IMG/VR virus record: IMGVR_UViG_3300042090_001045
Source: a virus
Strand: one strand, 5' to 3'
DNA length: 46,231 nt
Below are positions 1 through 9,625 of the stretch, piece after piece. Below the pieces are notes generated by a model that was given only the letters and a program-made list of their open reading frames with translations, was not told where the DNA came from and searched no databases. Made by a program: the position numbers and the translations under genes. Each line of letters opens with the position of its first letter. Position 1 is the first letter of the stretch.

Positions 1-98
1 AAGAAGTAGATCACATTAACGGTGTGAGACTCGATAACCGAAAAAGCAATTTACGGTTTTGCGATAGGAAAGGAAATACCAGAAACACTACTTTACGA
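1..98. repeat. Terminal overlap identical to 46134-46231; contig closes into a 46133-bp unit
   Basis: Base-by-base identity of the first and last 98 nt of the window. The overlap lies inside a coding sequence that reads in frame through the junction. Confidence 0.95.
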
Positions 99-278
99 AA
101 AGACAGTGCTTCTGGGCGTAAAGGAGTTCGCGTACGGGAAGACGGCAGGATAACGGCGTATATCCGGCATAACGGCAAACAAAAGCATTTAGGAACTTTT
201 GACACCGTTGAAGACGCGCACGAGTTTTATTGTTTAGCCGCAGACTTGTTGTTTGGGGAATTTGCAAACTATGGCTAA
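1..278 (+). CDS. HNH endonuclease with AP2-type DNA-binding domain, 3' part (same gene as 45947-46231 across the circular junction)
   Basis: Frame is continuous with 45947-46231 through the overlap. HNH core EVDHINGVRLDNRKSNLR, then an AP2-like GVRVREDGRITAYIRHNGKQKHLGTFDTVEDAHEFY. Stop TAA at 276-278. Confidence 0.85.
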   Translation, partial: EVDHINGVRLDNRKSNLRFCDRKGNTRNTTLRKDSASGRKGVRVREDGRITAYIRHNGKQKHLGTFDTVEDAHEFYCLAADLLFGEFANYG

Positions 279-1794
279 GCAGCCTAAGGCAGCTATAGGC
301 GGACAAAAAGATACGAACAAGTTCGTACCGGTGACGCTGACGGCTACCATTATCGAGGGTTTCCAAAAAAGTTTTCTTTGGGATTCTTTAGACGGCGCGG
401 CGGAAACGGCCGAATTTCACAGAATTATGTGGGAAGACGCCTGTGATCTGACAAAAACTCATTGCGCGTGGGCTGCGCCGCGCGGCCACTCTAAATCAAC
501 TTCGATTACGTTCACCTATGCGTTGGCCGTAATCATGTTCCGTGTGCGTGATCATTTGATGATCGTGTCAGACTCGGAATCGCAAGCAGTGTCCCAGCTA
601 AAAGAAATAAAAAATGAGATTTACGAAAACGAGTCGCTAACATCAACTTTTGGTTTTCGACAATTTCTGAAAGACGCGGAAACGGAAATCATTCTTGAGT
701 TCACGGACGGGTACCAAGTTCGAGTGCTGGCCCGAGGCAGTGAACAGCGTTTGCGGGGCCTTAAATGGAGAAACAAACGTCCAAATCTAGTCCTTGGCGA
801 TGATTTAGAATTCGACGAAGTGATCTCAAACCCAGACCGCCTTCAGAAATTCAAAGCTTGGTTTAGAAAAGCACTTTTGCCGGTAGGCTCCCGCGAATGC
901 GTGTTTCGCATCGTGGGAACCATTCTCAGTTTTGATAGTATGCTGGCGGAACTGATTGAGAAAGGTATAGAGGGCGGTTGGCATACCCGGCAATGGTCGG
1001 CGCACGAATCGTATAGCGATTTTAGCAATATCCTGTGGCCTGCTCGATGGACTGAAGAAGGTTTGCGGGGCGAACAACTCCGATTAGGCCCCGACGCCTA
1101 TTCCCAAGAGTATTTGAACCGCCCCATTCCCGAAGGCCATTCGTTTTTTGACAAGTCAGACCTGCTGCGCATCCCGGACGAGACGATCTACGCCCGTGAC
1201 AACGGCCTGTCAGGCGGGGAATGCGCTTACTACGTATCCGTGGACTTAGCCGTATCGCAGAAGAAGCACGCCGACCGATCGGCGGTGACAGTCGGGGCTA
1301 TGACGCCGGACGGCTATCTGGACGTTGTAGAAGTTATCGCCGGGCGATTTGACCCCAAGACCCTCTTTGATATACTCTTCCAAGTGGACGAACGTTATAG
1401 CCCTGAGCTATTCCTAGTCGAAGCGGGCGTTATCCAGAAGTCAATCGGGCCTTTCCTGAATGAAGAGATGGGCCGCAGGCAACAGTTTTTGCGTCTGCAC
1501 TTGATGACCCCTGCCGTCGATAAGATCACGCGGGCGCGCTCGATTCAAGCTCGAATGCGGGCGGGGCGTGTGCGGTTTGATAAAAGTGCGTCGTGGTACC
1601 CCGATCTGGAAACCGAAATGCTTCAGTTTCCGCGCGGCAAGCACGACGACATTGTAGATACGATGAGCCAGTTCGGCTTGGCGCTCGACGATATCATTGT
1701 CCCGCCGTCGCAAGAGGAATTGGACGAAGAGGAATGGGCGCGCGAAGAGATGGAACACGTTGCCCACGGTCGTAACCCGGTAACAGGATACTGA
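271..1794 (+). CDS. terL: Terminase large subunit
   Basis: ORF 253-1794 trimmed to ATG 271 (MAKQPK). Walker-A-like PRGHSKST, acidic LVLGDDLE, C-terminal nuclease-type KHDDIVDT. Located between the terS-like gene and the portal gene. Confidence 0.85.
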   Translation: MAKQPKAAIGGQKDTNKFVPVTLTATIIEGFQKSFLWDSLDGAAETAEFHRIMWEDACDLTKTHCAWAAPRGHSKSTSITFTYALAVIMFRVRDHLMIVSDSESQAVSQLKEIKNEIYENESLTSTFGFRQFLKDAETEIILEFTDGYQVRVLARGSEQRLRGLKWRNKRPNLVLGDDLEFDEVISNPDRLQKFKAWFRKALLPVGSRECVFRIVGTILSFDSMLAELIEKGIEGGWHTRQWSAHESYSDFSNILWPARWTEEGLRGEQLRLGPDAYSQEYLNRPIPEGHSFFDKSDLLRIPDETIYARDNGLSGGECAYYVSVDLAVSQKKHADRSAVTVGAMTPDGYLDVVEVIAGRFDPKTLFDILFQVDERYSPELFLVEAGVIQKSIGPFLNEEMGRRQQFLRLHLMTPAVDKITRARSIQARMRAGRVRFDKSASWYPDLETEMLQFPRGKHDDIVDTMSQFGLALDDIIVPPSQEELDEEEWAREEMEHVAHGRNPVTGY

Positions 1795-1795
1795 C

Positions 1796-1984
1796 ATGAA
1801 ACTCATCTTTGAAGACGGCAATTATTTGGAAAAACCTGTGTTCGCCAAACTTCGCGGTGTGAAAAAGAACGGACAGCGCCCGGTAGAAGCCACGTTCACC
1901 CCCGAAGAACTTCGAGACATTGACCAAGAACGGTTTAAGGAATGGACTGAGAAGGTCGTGCTGCCCATTTTGAAAAGGTATTAA
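1796..1984 (+). CDS. Hypothetical small protein
   Basis: 62-aa ORF tightly packed between terL and portal. No recognisable motif. Confidence 0.5.
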   Translation: MKLIFEDGNYLEKPVFAKLRGVKKNGQRPVEATFTPEELRDIDQERFKEWTEKVVLPILKRY

Positions 1985-1985
1985 C

Positions 1986-4067
1986 ATGCAACTCCTAAAG
2001 CACTTGAATATCGATACCATCCTGTCGTCAGACAATTTGATGGCCCACATGGACGCGGACGATATCAAGTGCGTGGGCGAGCATGTGCTTCGCGGCTACC
2101 AAGCCGACAAGGATTCGCGCGCCGAGTGGGAAGCCGATTACGCCGACGCGCTTAAGCTGGCGATGCAACTACGGGAGGAGAAAACCTTCCCGTGGCAAGG
2201 CTCGTCAAACATCAAGTTCCCGCTTATCACTATCGCGGCCCTTCAATACCACGCCCGTGCTTACCCAGCGCTGGTGCGCGGCACCCGCCCGATTTCCTGC
2301 CGAACGGTTGGCGCTGATCCCACCGGCCAAAAGACGGCCCGCGCCAAGCGAATCTCTGAGCACATGTCCTTTCAGGTCATGGAAGAGGACTCCGGTTGGG
2401 AAGAGAATACAGACAAAGCGCAGATTGTCAAAGCGATTTTTGGCTGTTCTTTCAAAAAAATCTACTTCGACGGGGTTAAGAAGACCCCTATCAGCGAACT
2501 GGTGTTGCCGAGCGACTTGGTTATCAACTACTGGTCTAAGAGCTTCGACGCCACGCCGCGCATGACGCACGTCATCCCGTTTTGGCCGAACGACTTGGAA
2601 GAACGTAAGCGACGCGGGTTGTTCATGTGCCTGAACCCGGATACGGAAACGGTATCCGGCGCAAATGGCGCGGCGCGCTACCCGGAATCGACTTCAAACC
2701 CCAAGGGCGACGTGATCCGCAGTGCGGAGGACGATATCTCCGGCATGCGCCCCGGTTCGGCTGACGAAGCTACGCCGTTCAACTTACTGGAGCAGCACCT
2801 GTGGCTGGATATGGACGGCGACGGTTACGCGGAGCCGTACATCGCCTCGGTCAACGAGGAGACCGGGGAAATGTACCGCCTCGTCGCCCGGTTCGAAGCC
2901 GAACGCATCGAGCGAAATTCAGACGATCAGATCATCCGCATTGAGCCGGAGAAGTATTTCGCGCAAGACGTTTTCATCCCCTCCCCGGACGGCGGTATCT
3001 ATGGCATGGGCTTCGGGCGTTTGCTGGGCGCGACCAACCACGCCGTGGACACGGTTATCAACCAACTGACCGACGCCGGTACCATGTCGAACCTTGGTGG
3101 CGGTTTCCTCGCCCGAGGGATCCGCGTGCGCGGCGGGGAATATTCGTTCCGCCCGCAAGAGTGGAAGCGCACCGACACCACGCCGGAAGATTTGCAAAAG
3201 GGTATTTACCCCCTTCCGGTACGCGAACCGTCTAACGTCCTGTTCCAACTGCTGGGCCTTCTCATCGATTGGGGTTCGCGCATCGGCATGTCAACCGACT
3301 CGATGAGCGGCCAAAATCCGGGGCAGAACCAGAAAGTCGGGACGACGCAGGCAGTTATCGAGCAGGGCGAGAAGGTCTTTAACGGGATCTACAAGCGTTC
3401 GTACCGCGCCCTGAAGGAAGAATTCCGACTCATCTACCGGTTGAACTACCTGAACCCCCCGCCCGATGGTGTATTTCACTATACGGGAACGGACGGCCAA
3501 GGCGCGGATGCGCAGTGGACGGACTATCTGGAATCGGATAAGACCGTCATCCCCACCGCCGACCCCACTATCGCGTCAACCGAACAGCGGGTGCAGCGCT
3601 ATATGCTCGCCGCGCAACTGCCGGGCACCGACAAGCTGTATCTGTCGCGCAAGATTCTGGAAGAGATGGACATGCCGGAAATTGAGCGCGTCATGACGCA
3701 ACAGTCCATGCAACCGCAGAAGCCGAAGGAAGTCATGGTTCAGGAAATGAAGAACCAGCAGAAGAGCGCGGAAGTCCAAGGTCGTTTGCAGAACAAGGCG
3801 ATGGACATTATGGAAAAGGCAAAGAAAAACCGCGCTCAGATCATCCTCTTGGAAGCCCAAGCGGCCAAGATTATGTCCGAGATTCAAACCGCCGAAACGG
3901 CGCAAATGCTTCAGTTGATTCAAGCGGAAGTGGCACAGGCCAAAGCCTACCAAGACCATTTGGATCAGATCACGAAGTTAGCAGGCGCAGCACAACAAGC
4001 AAACCAACCGCAAGGAGAAGCAGATGGCAACAGTCAGCAAGGAGCAGTGGGCGGAATGGCTGGGTGA
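1986..4067 (+). CDS. Portal protein (probable)
   Basis: 693-aa ORF immediately after terL. Long Q/A/E-rich helical C-terminal tail like a podovirus portal barrel. Call rests on size and position, not motifs. Confidence 0.7.
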   Translation: MQLLKHLNIDTILSSDNLMAHMDADDIKCVGEHVLRGYQADKDSRAEWEADYADALKLAMQLREEKTFPWQGSSNIKFPLITIAALQYHARAYPALVRGTRPISCRTVGADPTGQKTARAKRISEHMSFQVMEEDSGWEENTDKAQIVKAIFGCSFKKIYFDGVKKTPISELVLPSDLVINYWSKSFDATPRMTHVIPFWPNDLEERKRRGLFMCLNPDTETVSGANGAARYPESTSNPKGDVIRSAEDDISGMRPGSADEATPFNLLEQHLWLDMDGDGYAEPYIASVNEETGEMYRLVARFEAERIERNSDDQIIRIEPEKYFAQDVFIPSPDGGIYGMGFGRLLGATNHAVDTVINQLTDAGTMSNLGGGFLARGIRVRGGEYSFRPQEWKRTDTTPEDLQKGIYPLPVREPSNVLFQLLGLLIDWGSRIGMSTDSMSGQNPGQNQKVGTTQAVIEQGEKVFNGIYKRSYRALKEEFRLIYRLNYLNPPPDGVFHYTGTDGQGADAQWTDYLESDKTVIPTADPTIASTEQRVQRYMLAAQLPGTDKLYLSRKILEEMDMPEIERVMTQQSMQPQKPKEVMVQEMKNQQKSAEVQGRLQNKAMDIMEKAKKNRAQIILLEAQAAKIMSEIQTAETAQMLQLIQAEVAQAKAYQDHLDQITKLAGAAQQANQPQGEADGNSQQGAVGGMAG

Positions 4068-4284
4068 TCCAGTAACCAAGGAGTTCCGGCGTTATATGAC
4101 ATCCCTTATCGCTGATGCGGCGAGCGCATGGACAAAAGGTGAATTTACGGAGGGCAGAACGCCCGAAATGATCGCGCTTTTGAACTACGCCGCCGTCGAG
4201 AAGATCAAGACGCTACACCGTGTGGCGGCGCTTGACCATCAGGAATACGTCGATTTTATTAGGGATATCGAAGATGACGAATGA
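4024..4284 (+). CDS. Hypothetical head-module protein
   Basis: 86-aa ORF with ATG start, overlapping the portal 3' end. Confidence 0.5.
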   Translation: MATVSKEQWAEWLGDPVTKEFRRYMTSLIADAASAWTKGEFTEGRTPEMIALLNYAAVEKIKTLHRVAALDHQEYVDFIRDIEDDE

Positions 4285-4585
4285 ATCGGGTTTCCATCCT
4301 GTAGGGTTCCGCGTGCTAGTTCTGCCAGATGCGGTTGACGAGAAGACCGCGGGGGGCATCATTATCGCCCGTGATACCAAAGGCCGCGAAGATATGGCGC
4401 AGGTCAAAGGTACTGTTGTCGAAGTTGGCCCTTGTTGTTGGGACAACCAGAGTACGTCGAACTGGGCAAAGGCGGGAGACCGCATTGTTTTCGGTAAGTA
4501 TTCCGGTTTGGCTTACAAAGGCAAAGACGGCAAAGACTATCGAATCATCAACGATACCGATGTCGTTGGCTTGGAGGACGCATAA
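4274..4585 (+). CDS. GroES/Cpn10-like co-chaperonin
   Basis: ORF 4220-4585 trimmed to ATG 4274. FRVLVLPDAVDEKTAGGIIIA...VKGTVVEVGP...KAGDRIVFGKYSG...IINDTDVVG aligns by eye with the GroES pattern (RVIVK..E.KSAGGIVL...G.V.AVG...VGD.V.F..Y.G......I..E.DIL). Confidence 0.75.
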   Translation: MTNESGFHPVGFRVLVLPDAVDEKTAGGIIIARDTKGREDMAQVKGTVVEVGPCCWDNQSTSNWAKAGDRIVFGKYSGLAYKGKDGKDYRIINDTDVVGLEDA

Positions 4586-5472
4586 TGGAACAAGAACTTG
4601 ACAATCTGGATAATCCGGAGTATGTTGCAGACAACGACAATAGTGAAATTACTATTGAAGCCGCAGACCCGATTGAGACACAAGCTCGTTCAATGGGCTG
4701 GGTTCCGCTGGAAGAGTTCCCCGGCGATCCTGAGAAGTGGTCTGAGGCCGAGGCTTTTGTAGAACGCCACACAAAGCATAATGGCGTTCTGAAGAAGTCG
4801 AACGATGCACTACTCAAGCAAGTTACCGAACTTCAAGAACAAGTTCGCGCCGTAGAAGCGATGAACAAAAGCGTATTCGACCTTCAAGTCAAGAAGATGA
4901 AGGAAGAATACGACAACCAAATCGCTTTTCTCAAAGCACAGAAGCGCCAAGCGCGCCAAGCAGGTGATCTCGACACCGCCGACGAAATTGAAGAGCAGAT
5001 TGACGCGCTTCAAGAACGTGGGCCGGAAACCATCGAGCCGCCGCCTGCACCAAAAACCCAAGATCCTAATGCATGGCGTAAAAACCCCACAATGGCTGCG
5101 TGGGCTGATCAAAATCCGTGGTTTGAAAAAGACCGTGCGATGTCAGCTTTTGCCGTAGTGGAAGGACAACGCCTGAAAGCTGAAAACCCAGATTGGTCGC
5201 TTGACGACATTCTGCCGGAAGTGAGCAAGGCGGTGCGAAAAGAATTCGCCCACAAGTTCACCAGCCGCCGAAACCCTGTCGAAGGGGCGGCAACCTCTGG
5301 CGGGGCGGTAACGTCAACCGGCGCGCGTCGCGGCTACAACACGCTCCCGATGGATGCGAAACGGCAATGCGACATGGAAGTGGCAAGTGGGGTTTTCGGT
5401 AAGGATGAGGGTAAGGCACGCACCCAATGGGCAGCTTTGTACTACGGCTATGAAGATCGGAGGAAGAAATGA
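4585..5472 (+). CDS. Scaffolding protein (probable)
   Basis: 295 aa, acidic N-terminus, long charged coiled-coil-like centre (LKQVTELQEQVRAVEAMNK...). Lies upstream of the capsid gene, with a TAATG overlap to the GroES-like gene. Confidence 0.55.
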   Translation: MEQELDNLDNPEYVADNDNSEITIEAADPIETQARSMGWVPLEEFPGDPEKWSEAEAFVERHTKHNGVLKKSNDALLKQVTELQEQVRAVEAMNKSVFDLQVKKMKEEYDNQIAFLKAQKRQARQAGDLDTADEIEEQIDALQERGPETIEPPPAPKTQDPNAWRKNPTMAAWADQNPWFEKDRAMSAFAVVEGQRLKAENPDWSLDDILPEVSKAVRKEFAHKFTSRRNPVEGAATSGGAVTSTGARRGYNTLPMDAKRQCDMEVASGVFGKDEGKARTQWAALYYGYEDRRKK

Positions 5473-6005
5473 GTGAAAAACTGACCGCAGCAGGAACGCC
5501 CGACCAACGCACCCGTGAGGCGCGTGCAACTCGGGACGGCGGCCGTGCTCCCCGTCGTGAACGCCAGCGAGGCGTTTTCAACGGGACGAATAAAAAGCTG
5601 GATGTGTTGACCGAAATTGCGGGCTACCACCTCCACATTCTAAACGACACGCCGGGGCGGATTGACCGCGCTTTGGCTGGTGGATACGAGTTCGTCATGC
5701 AAGGCGAAGTTGCTTTGGGCGAATCGAACAAGGTAGTGGACTCAAATTCTGCGGTGGACGGGAAAATCCGGTTCATCGTCGGGACGACAGACCAGAACGA
5801 ACCACTTTACGCGTATCTGATGAAGATCCCGCAAGAGTGGTTTGACGAAGACCAAGCGGAGATTGCTGCTCAAATCGCCGCAAAGGAAGCGCCGATTCGG
5901 AACGGCAAGGGCCTTCAAGCCGATATGGTTGGAGAATCTTACGTGCCGGATGGGCGTAAACAGGCCGTGACAATGAAACGCGGCCCTCTTGATATGAAGC
6001 AATAA
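5469..6005 (+). CDS. Hypothetical head-module protein
   Basis: 178-aa ORF, ATGA-coupled to the scaffold gene, with an Arg-rich N-terminus. Confidence 0.55.
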   Translation: MSEKLTAAGTPDQRTREARATRDGGRAPRRERQRGVFNGTNKKLDVLTEIAGYHLHILNDTPGRIDRALAGGYEFVMQGEVALGESNKVVDSNSAVDGKIRFIVGTTDQNEPLYAYLMKIPQEWFDEDQAEIAAQIAAKEAPIRNGKGLQADMVGESYVPDGRKQAVTMKRGPLDMKQ

Positions 6006-6028
6006 ACCGTTACTAGGGAGCTTTCGCT

Positions 6029-6679
6029 ATGGCGAACGTTGTTAACCCCAACGGCTTCTCTGTCCTGACTAGTCGGGTCGGTGGGGCTAACACGGGGCAA
6101 GATAATTGGTATTACATCCCCCAAACCGATACTTCGCAGTACGGTATTGGCGACATGGTGAAAGTTGCTGCTGGCGGTGACGCCAACGGCGTGCCCGCCG
6201 TTCAAAAGGCTATCGGTGGAAGTAATATCGAATGGCTGCGCGGTGTTATCGTCGGCGTTGCCCCGACCCCGAGCATCGGTACGCCGTCGCTGATCGGTAC
6301 GCCGTTGGCTCTGGAAATCACTAACATTCCGGCTACGAAGACGCAAGGCTATTACGTTCTGGTGAACGACGACCCGAATACGGTCTACGAAATTCAAGAC
6401 GATGGCCTCGCCGTGCTTACCGCAGCGGCGTGCAACAAGAACGCTCAGTTCACGGTGGTTAATCCGACCGCGCCGCTGCAAAATTCGGCTACGGTCATGC
6501 AAACCAGCGCAGCAGGCGGCGGTTCGGCACCCCAGCCGACGGCGACGTTCCCGCTCAAGATTCTCGGTCTTGTGCTGCGTCAAAGCCCGGCGGGCGGTAA
6601 TGGTTTCGGCGCTTACGCGCGCTGGATGGTCAAGATTAACACCCACGATCTCAGCGCCTCGGGCGTTGTCGGCGTCTAA
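6029..6679 (+). CDS. Hypothetical head-module protein (possible capsid accessory or decoration protein)
   Basis: 216-aa ORF directly upstream of the major capsid gene. RBS-like GGGAG lies upstream of the ATG. Confidence 0.55.
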   Translation: MANVVNPNGFSVLTSRVGGANTGQDNWYYIPQTDTSQYGIGDMVKVAAGGDANGVPAVQKAIGGSNIEWLRGVIVGVAPTPSIGTPSLIGTPLALEITNIPATKTQGYYVLVNDDPNTVYEIQDDGLAVLTAAACNKNAQFTVVNPTAPLQNSATVMQTSAAGGGSAPQPTATFPLKILGLVLRQSPAGGNGFGAYARWMVKINTHDLSASGVVGV

Positions 6680-6694
6680 TAAGGAGCAACGCAC

Positions 6695-7612
6695 ATGGCT
6701 GGCGGCGTAATCACAACTGGCTCGTCCCCCAAACTGCTGTGGCCGGGGTTGTTTGCAACCTTCGGTCGCAGCTACGACGAGACTAATCAAGAGTGGAAAC
6801 CTCTTGTTGATGTTTTCCAATCGCAGAAGCACTACGAAGAAATCGTACAGATCGTTGGCTACGGCACTGCTCCGCAGAAGCCGGAAGGTTCACCGACGCT
6901 GTATGATACCGAGTGGCAAGGCTTCGTAACGCGTTTCATCCACATCGCGTATGGCCTCGGCTATATCGTGACCAAGGAAGAAATTGACGACAACCTGTAT
7001 CCGCAGGTCGCCGCCGAACGCGCTACGGCTCTCGGCTTCTCCTTCCGTCAAACGAAGGAAACGGTAGTGGCGAACTTCTATAGCAACATGTTCACCACGA
7101 ACGGTTCGGACGGCACCCCCCTTATCAACGGCGCTCACCCGTTGCAAGGCGGCGGCACCGGCACGAACACGTTGGCCGTACAGGCCGACTTGTCTGAGGC
7201 TGCTTTGGAAGATATTTTCATCCAAATGCAACTGACGACCGATGATCGCGGCAACCGCATCGCTTTGATGCCCCGTATGCTCATCGTCCATCCGCAAGAG
7301 ATTTTCAATGCTCAGCGCATCCTGAAGTCGACGTTCCAAAGCGGTACCGCGAACAACGACATCAACGCGTTGAAGTATATGAACATCTTCCCGGAAGGTG
7401 TGAAGTCGAACCGTTACCTGACGGCACCGCACGCGTTCTTCATCCGCACGAACCTGATGGCGAAGCAAGGCCCGATCCTGTTCCAACGTAACGCAATTTC
7501 GTTTGCTGAAGACGGCGATTTCGATACGGGCAACATGAAGTACAAGGGCTACGAGCGCTATTCGGTCGGTATGGCTGACTGGCGCGGCGTGTTCGGCGTC
7601 AACGGGCCGTGA
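6695..7612 (+). CDS. Major capsid protein (probable, HK97-fold type)
   Basis: 305 aa with RBS AAGGAG upstream. Its position in the head module, followed by a strong GC hairpin terminator, is typical for a highly expressed capsid gene. Confidence 0.7.
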   Translation: MAGGVITTGSSPKLLWPGLFATFGRSYDETNQEWKPLVDVFQSQKHYEEIVQIVGYGTAPQKPEGSPTLYDTEWQGFVTRFIHIAYGLGYIVTKEEIDDNLYPQVAAERATALGFSFRQTKETVVANFYSNMFTTNGSDGTPLINGAHPLQGGGTGTNTLAVQADLSEAALEDIFIQMQLTTDDRGNRIALMPRMLIVHPQEIFNAQRILKSTFQSGTANNDINALKYMNIFPEGVKSNRYLTAPHAFFIRTNLMAKQGPILFQRNAISFAEDGDFDTGNMKYKGYERYSVGMADWRGVFGVNGP

Positions 7613-7618
7613 TAGGGC

Positions 7619-7642
7619 GCCGGGGCTTCGGCCCCGGCATTT
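7619..7642 (+). terminator. Intrinsic terminator/attenuator after the capsid gene
   Basis: Perfect stem GCCGGGGC-TTCG-GCCCCGGC followed by ATTT. Confidence 0.7.
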
Positions 7643-7659
7643 CCTGAAAGGATTTCGCC

Positions 7660-7842
7660 ATGCGAAATAACGCTAAGGTATCGGGCAAGAAAGCTAACAT
7701 CCTGACGCCGACCGATCATAAGCCTAAGAAGAAAATGCCTACCGCCATGGGCGCGGGCAACATGATGCTTGGGTTGTCGAAGGGCAAAGGCGCGGCGCGT
7801 AAAACGCCCAGCCGTAAGGTTAAGCACCGGAAAATGCCATGA
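7660..7842 (+). CDS. Small lysine-rich basic protein
   Basis: 60-aa ORF with ATG start and GAAAGGA upstream. Confidence 0.45.
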   Translation: MRNNAKVSGKKANILTPTDHKPKKKMPTAMGAGNMMLGLSKGKGAARKTPSRKVKHRKMP

Positions 7843-7997
7843 ACAAGAAAAATCGTCCTGACGTAATGGACAATGCGAATAGCATGATGCCCCGCGATAA
7901 AAGCGGTGTAGTCAACGACAAGTACGAACGTAGCTGCCCTGCCGAGAAAAGTGTTCCCGGCCAACAACCGACCTCGAAAGGTCAAGTCAAACACTAA
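7839..7997 (+). CDS. Small hypothetical protein (52 aa)
   Basis: ATGA overlap with the preceding ORF. Translated by hand (MNKKNRPDVMDNANSMMPRDKSGVV...). Below the ORF-track size cutoff. Confidence 0.4.
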   Translation: MNKKNRPDVMDNANSMMPRDKSGVVNDKYERSCPAEKSVPGQQPTSKGQVKH

Positions 7998-7998
7998 G

Positions 7999-8015
7999 AC
8001 GCGCCTCGTGCGCGT
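7999..8015 (+). terminator. GC hairpin (weak terminator or RNA-processing candidate)
   Basis: ACGCGC-CTCGT-GCGCGT, nested inside an outer CTAAGACG...CGTCTTAG inverted repeat. No clear U-tract. Confidence 0.3.
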
Positions 8016-8042
8016 TGCCTAGCAACGTCTTAGGAGCTTCAA

Positions 8043-8819
8043 ATGCCGACCCCGATGCGTATTCCCGCAGGTTTCACTCAGGATAACCCCACCCAACCGC
8101 TCGCCAATCTTGGCGTACCTGATCCGTTTTTCTGCCACACGTTCGCTACTGATTTTGATGCACTGCCTACTGGCGTGTGGACTACTTCAGGCACGGCAAC
8201 TATTGTTCCGCCTGCGCTCATCGCCGGGGATGGTGGCATTGTTCAATTTGCTACTGAAACTGGCTCACCGGCTGTGGGAGATTTTGTTTCCGCACAACTT
8301 TCTGCGGCCACATTTACCGCCCCCGCTTCCGCTAAGCGAATGTTTTTCTTGGTTCGTTTCGCAACGAACTTTGCCCAGCTTAACGCGCTTCGCTTAGGCA
8401 TGATGGCAATTTCTGCCACGCCGTTCACCGGTACGCCAGACGGTATTTACTTCACTAAGAGCCAAAACAGCCTTACTAGCCTTGCGCTGCAAGTGGTAGT
8501 AGGTGGCGTGGTTACAGGCACCGTGTCGGTTCCCACTACTGTCGTAGCGCTTGCCAACAATACCTATTTTGATTTGGGTTTCGAAATCACTGCTAGCGGC
8601 GAAATCAAAGTGTTCGGCGGCACGAATCTGGTTGGATTCCGCCCGCAATCGGGTACGGCTGCGCAAACGACGCCCCCGCCCGTTGGAGGCCCTGTGGCGC
8701 GGTTTAGGCCCAGTGCACTGCCCGTTGTCGCAATGAGCCCCACGTTGGGCGTACAAGCTGGCGCCGCTTCACAAGCCACGATGAACGTCGATTTCGTTTT
8801 GGCTTCGAAGGAGCGTTAA
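8043..8819 (+). CDS. Hypothetical virion protein
   Basis: 258-aa ORF with RBS AGGAG upstream, located in the structural operon. Confidence 0.6.
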   Translation: MPTPMRIPAGFTQDNPTQPLANLGVPDPFFCHTFATDFDALPTGVWTTSGTATIVPPALIAGDGGIVQFATETGSPAVGDFVSAQLSAATFTAPASAKRMFFLVRFATNFAQLNALRLGMMAISATPFTGTPDGIYFTKSQNSLTSLALQVVVGGVVTGTVSVPTTVVALANNTYFDLGFEITASGEIKVFGGTNLVGFRPQSGTAAQTTPPPVGGPVARFRPSALPVVAMSPTLGVQAGAASQATMNVDFVLASKER

Positions 8820-8820
8820 A

Positions 8821-9174
8821 ATGCTGATTAATATTACGCCCCCGACGACTACGGGGGTGTTTTTCACGGGCCAACAGCTTCGCGGCGACGCGAAATTGCA
8901 AATCTCTGGCAGCATGCCCGCAGCTTTTACGGGGGCGAGTATTGTTGTCGAAGTGTCTTTGGACGGGCAGAATTATTCAGCATTGTCTTCCAGCGGTGCG
9001 GGGTTTAACGCCACTAGCAACGGCCCTTACCCACTGAACGGTTCGGCTATTGGATTTTTATCGGCTTCGGATAGTTATATTCTTAATGCTGCTGGCGTTT
9101 ATCCGTGGTTTAGATTGAACTGTACAAGATTGGATTCCGGAGTGAATGTTTCTTCGGTTATTCTTCAGGGGTGA
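8821..9174 (+). CDS. Hypothetical virion protein
   Basis: 117-aa ORF tightly packed in the structural operon. Confidence 0.55.
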   Translation: MLINITPPTTTGVFFTGQQLRGDAKLQISGSMPAAFTGASIVVEVSLDGQNYSALSSSGAGFNATSNGPYPLNGSAIGFLSASDSYILNAAGVYPWFRLNCTRLDSGVNVSSVILQG

Positions 9175-9177
9175 CGC

Positions 9178-9624
9178 ATGGGCTTTTCATATCGTATTCA
9201 GGAAGACGGCCCGAGAAACGCAGTTTTGTGGATCGATGACGACGGGCAAACCAGCACAGGCGCTGTCACGCCGGTCCCGCCGGGCGTTTCGCTCATCACC
9301 CCAGGGCAATTAGGGTACGTAGATATTTCTCGTCTGCTCCGCGCGAAAAATTTGCGCATCGATAAGATCGAATGGGATATCAACGGCGAAGCTTCACAAT
9401 TTGTTGAGCTTATTTGGGTGGGTTCCGCCGGTAATGCTGTCGCCTACCACATGATCGGGCGTGCCAATAAGTATTTTAAAGATTTTGGGGGCCTGTACCC
9501 CCCGTCGTCTATTGGCACTTTGACGGGCATTAATATCGCTGCGGGGTCTGAAACTTCAGACCCTACCGTCGCGCCGTTTAACGGAACCTACACAATAATT
9601 CTGTATTTGGTGAAGTCTTACTGA
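9178..9624 (+). CDS. Hypothetical virion protein
   Basis: 148-aa ORF tightly packed in the structural operon. Confidence 0.55.
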   Translation: MGFSYRIQEDGPRNAVLWIDDDGQTSTGAVTPVPPGVSLITPGQLGYVDISRLLRAKNLRIDKIEWDINGEASQFVELIWVGSAGNAVAYHMIGRANKYFKDFGGLYPPSSIGTLTGINIAAGSETSDPTVAPFNGTYTIILYLVKSY

Positions 9625-9625
9625 C

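Noticed and set aside
1-98. Interpreting the 98-bp terminal repeat as a biological direct terminal repeat or cos region
   Set aside because: It lies within an uninterrupted coding frame and has no terminus-like features. Assembly wrap-around is the simpler explanation. This cannot be settled without read data.
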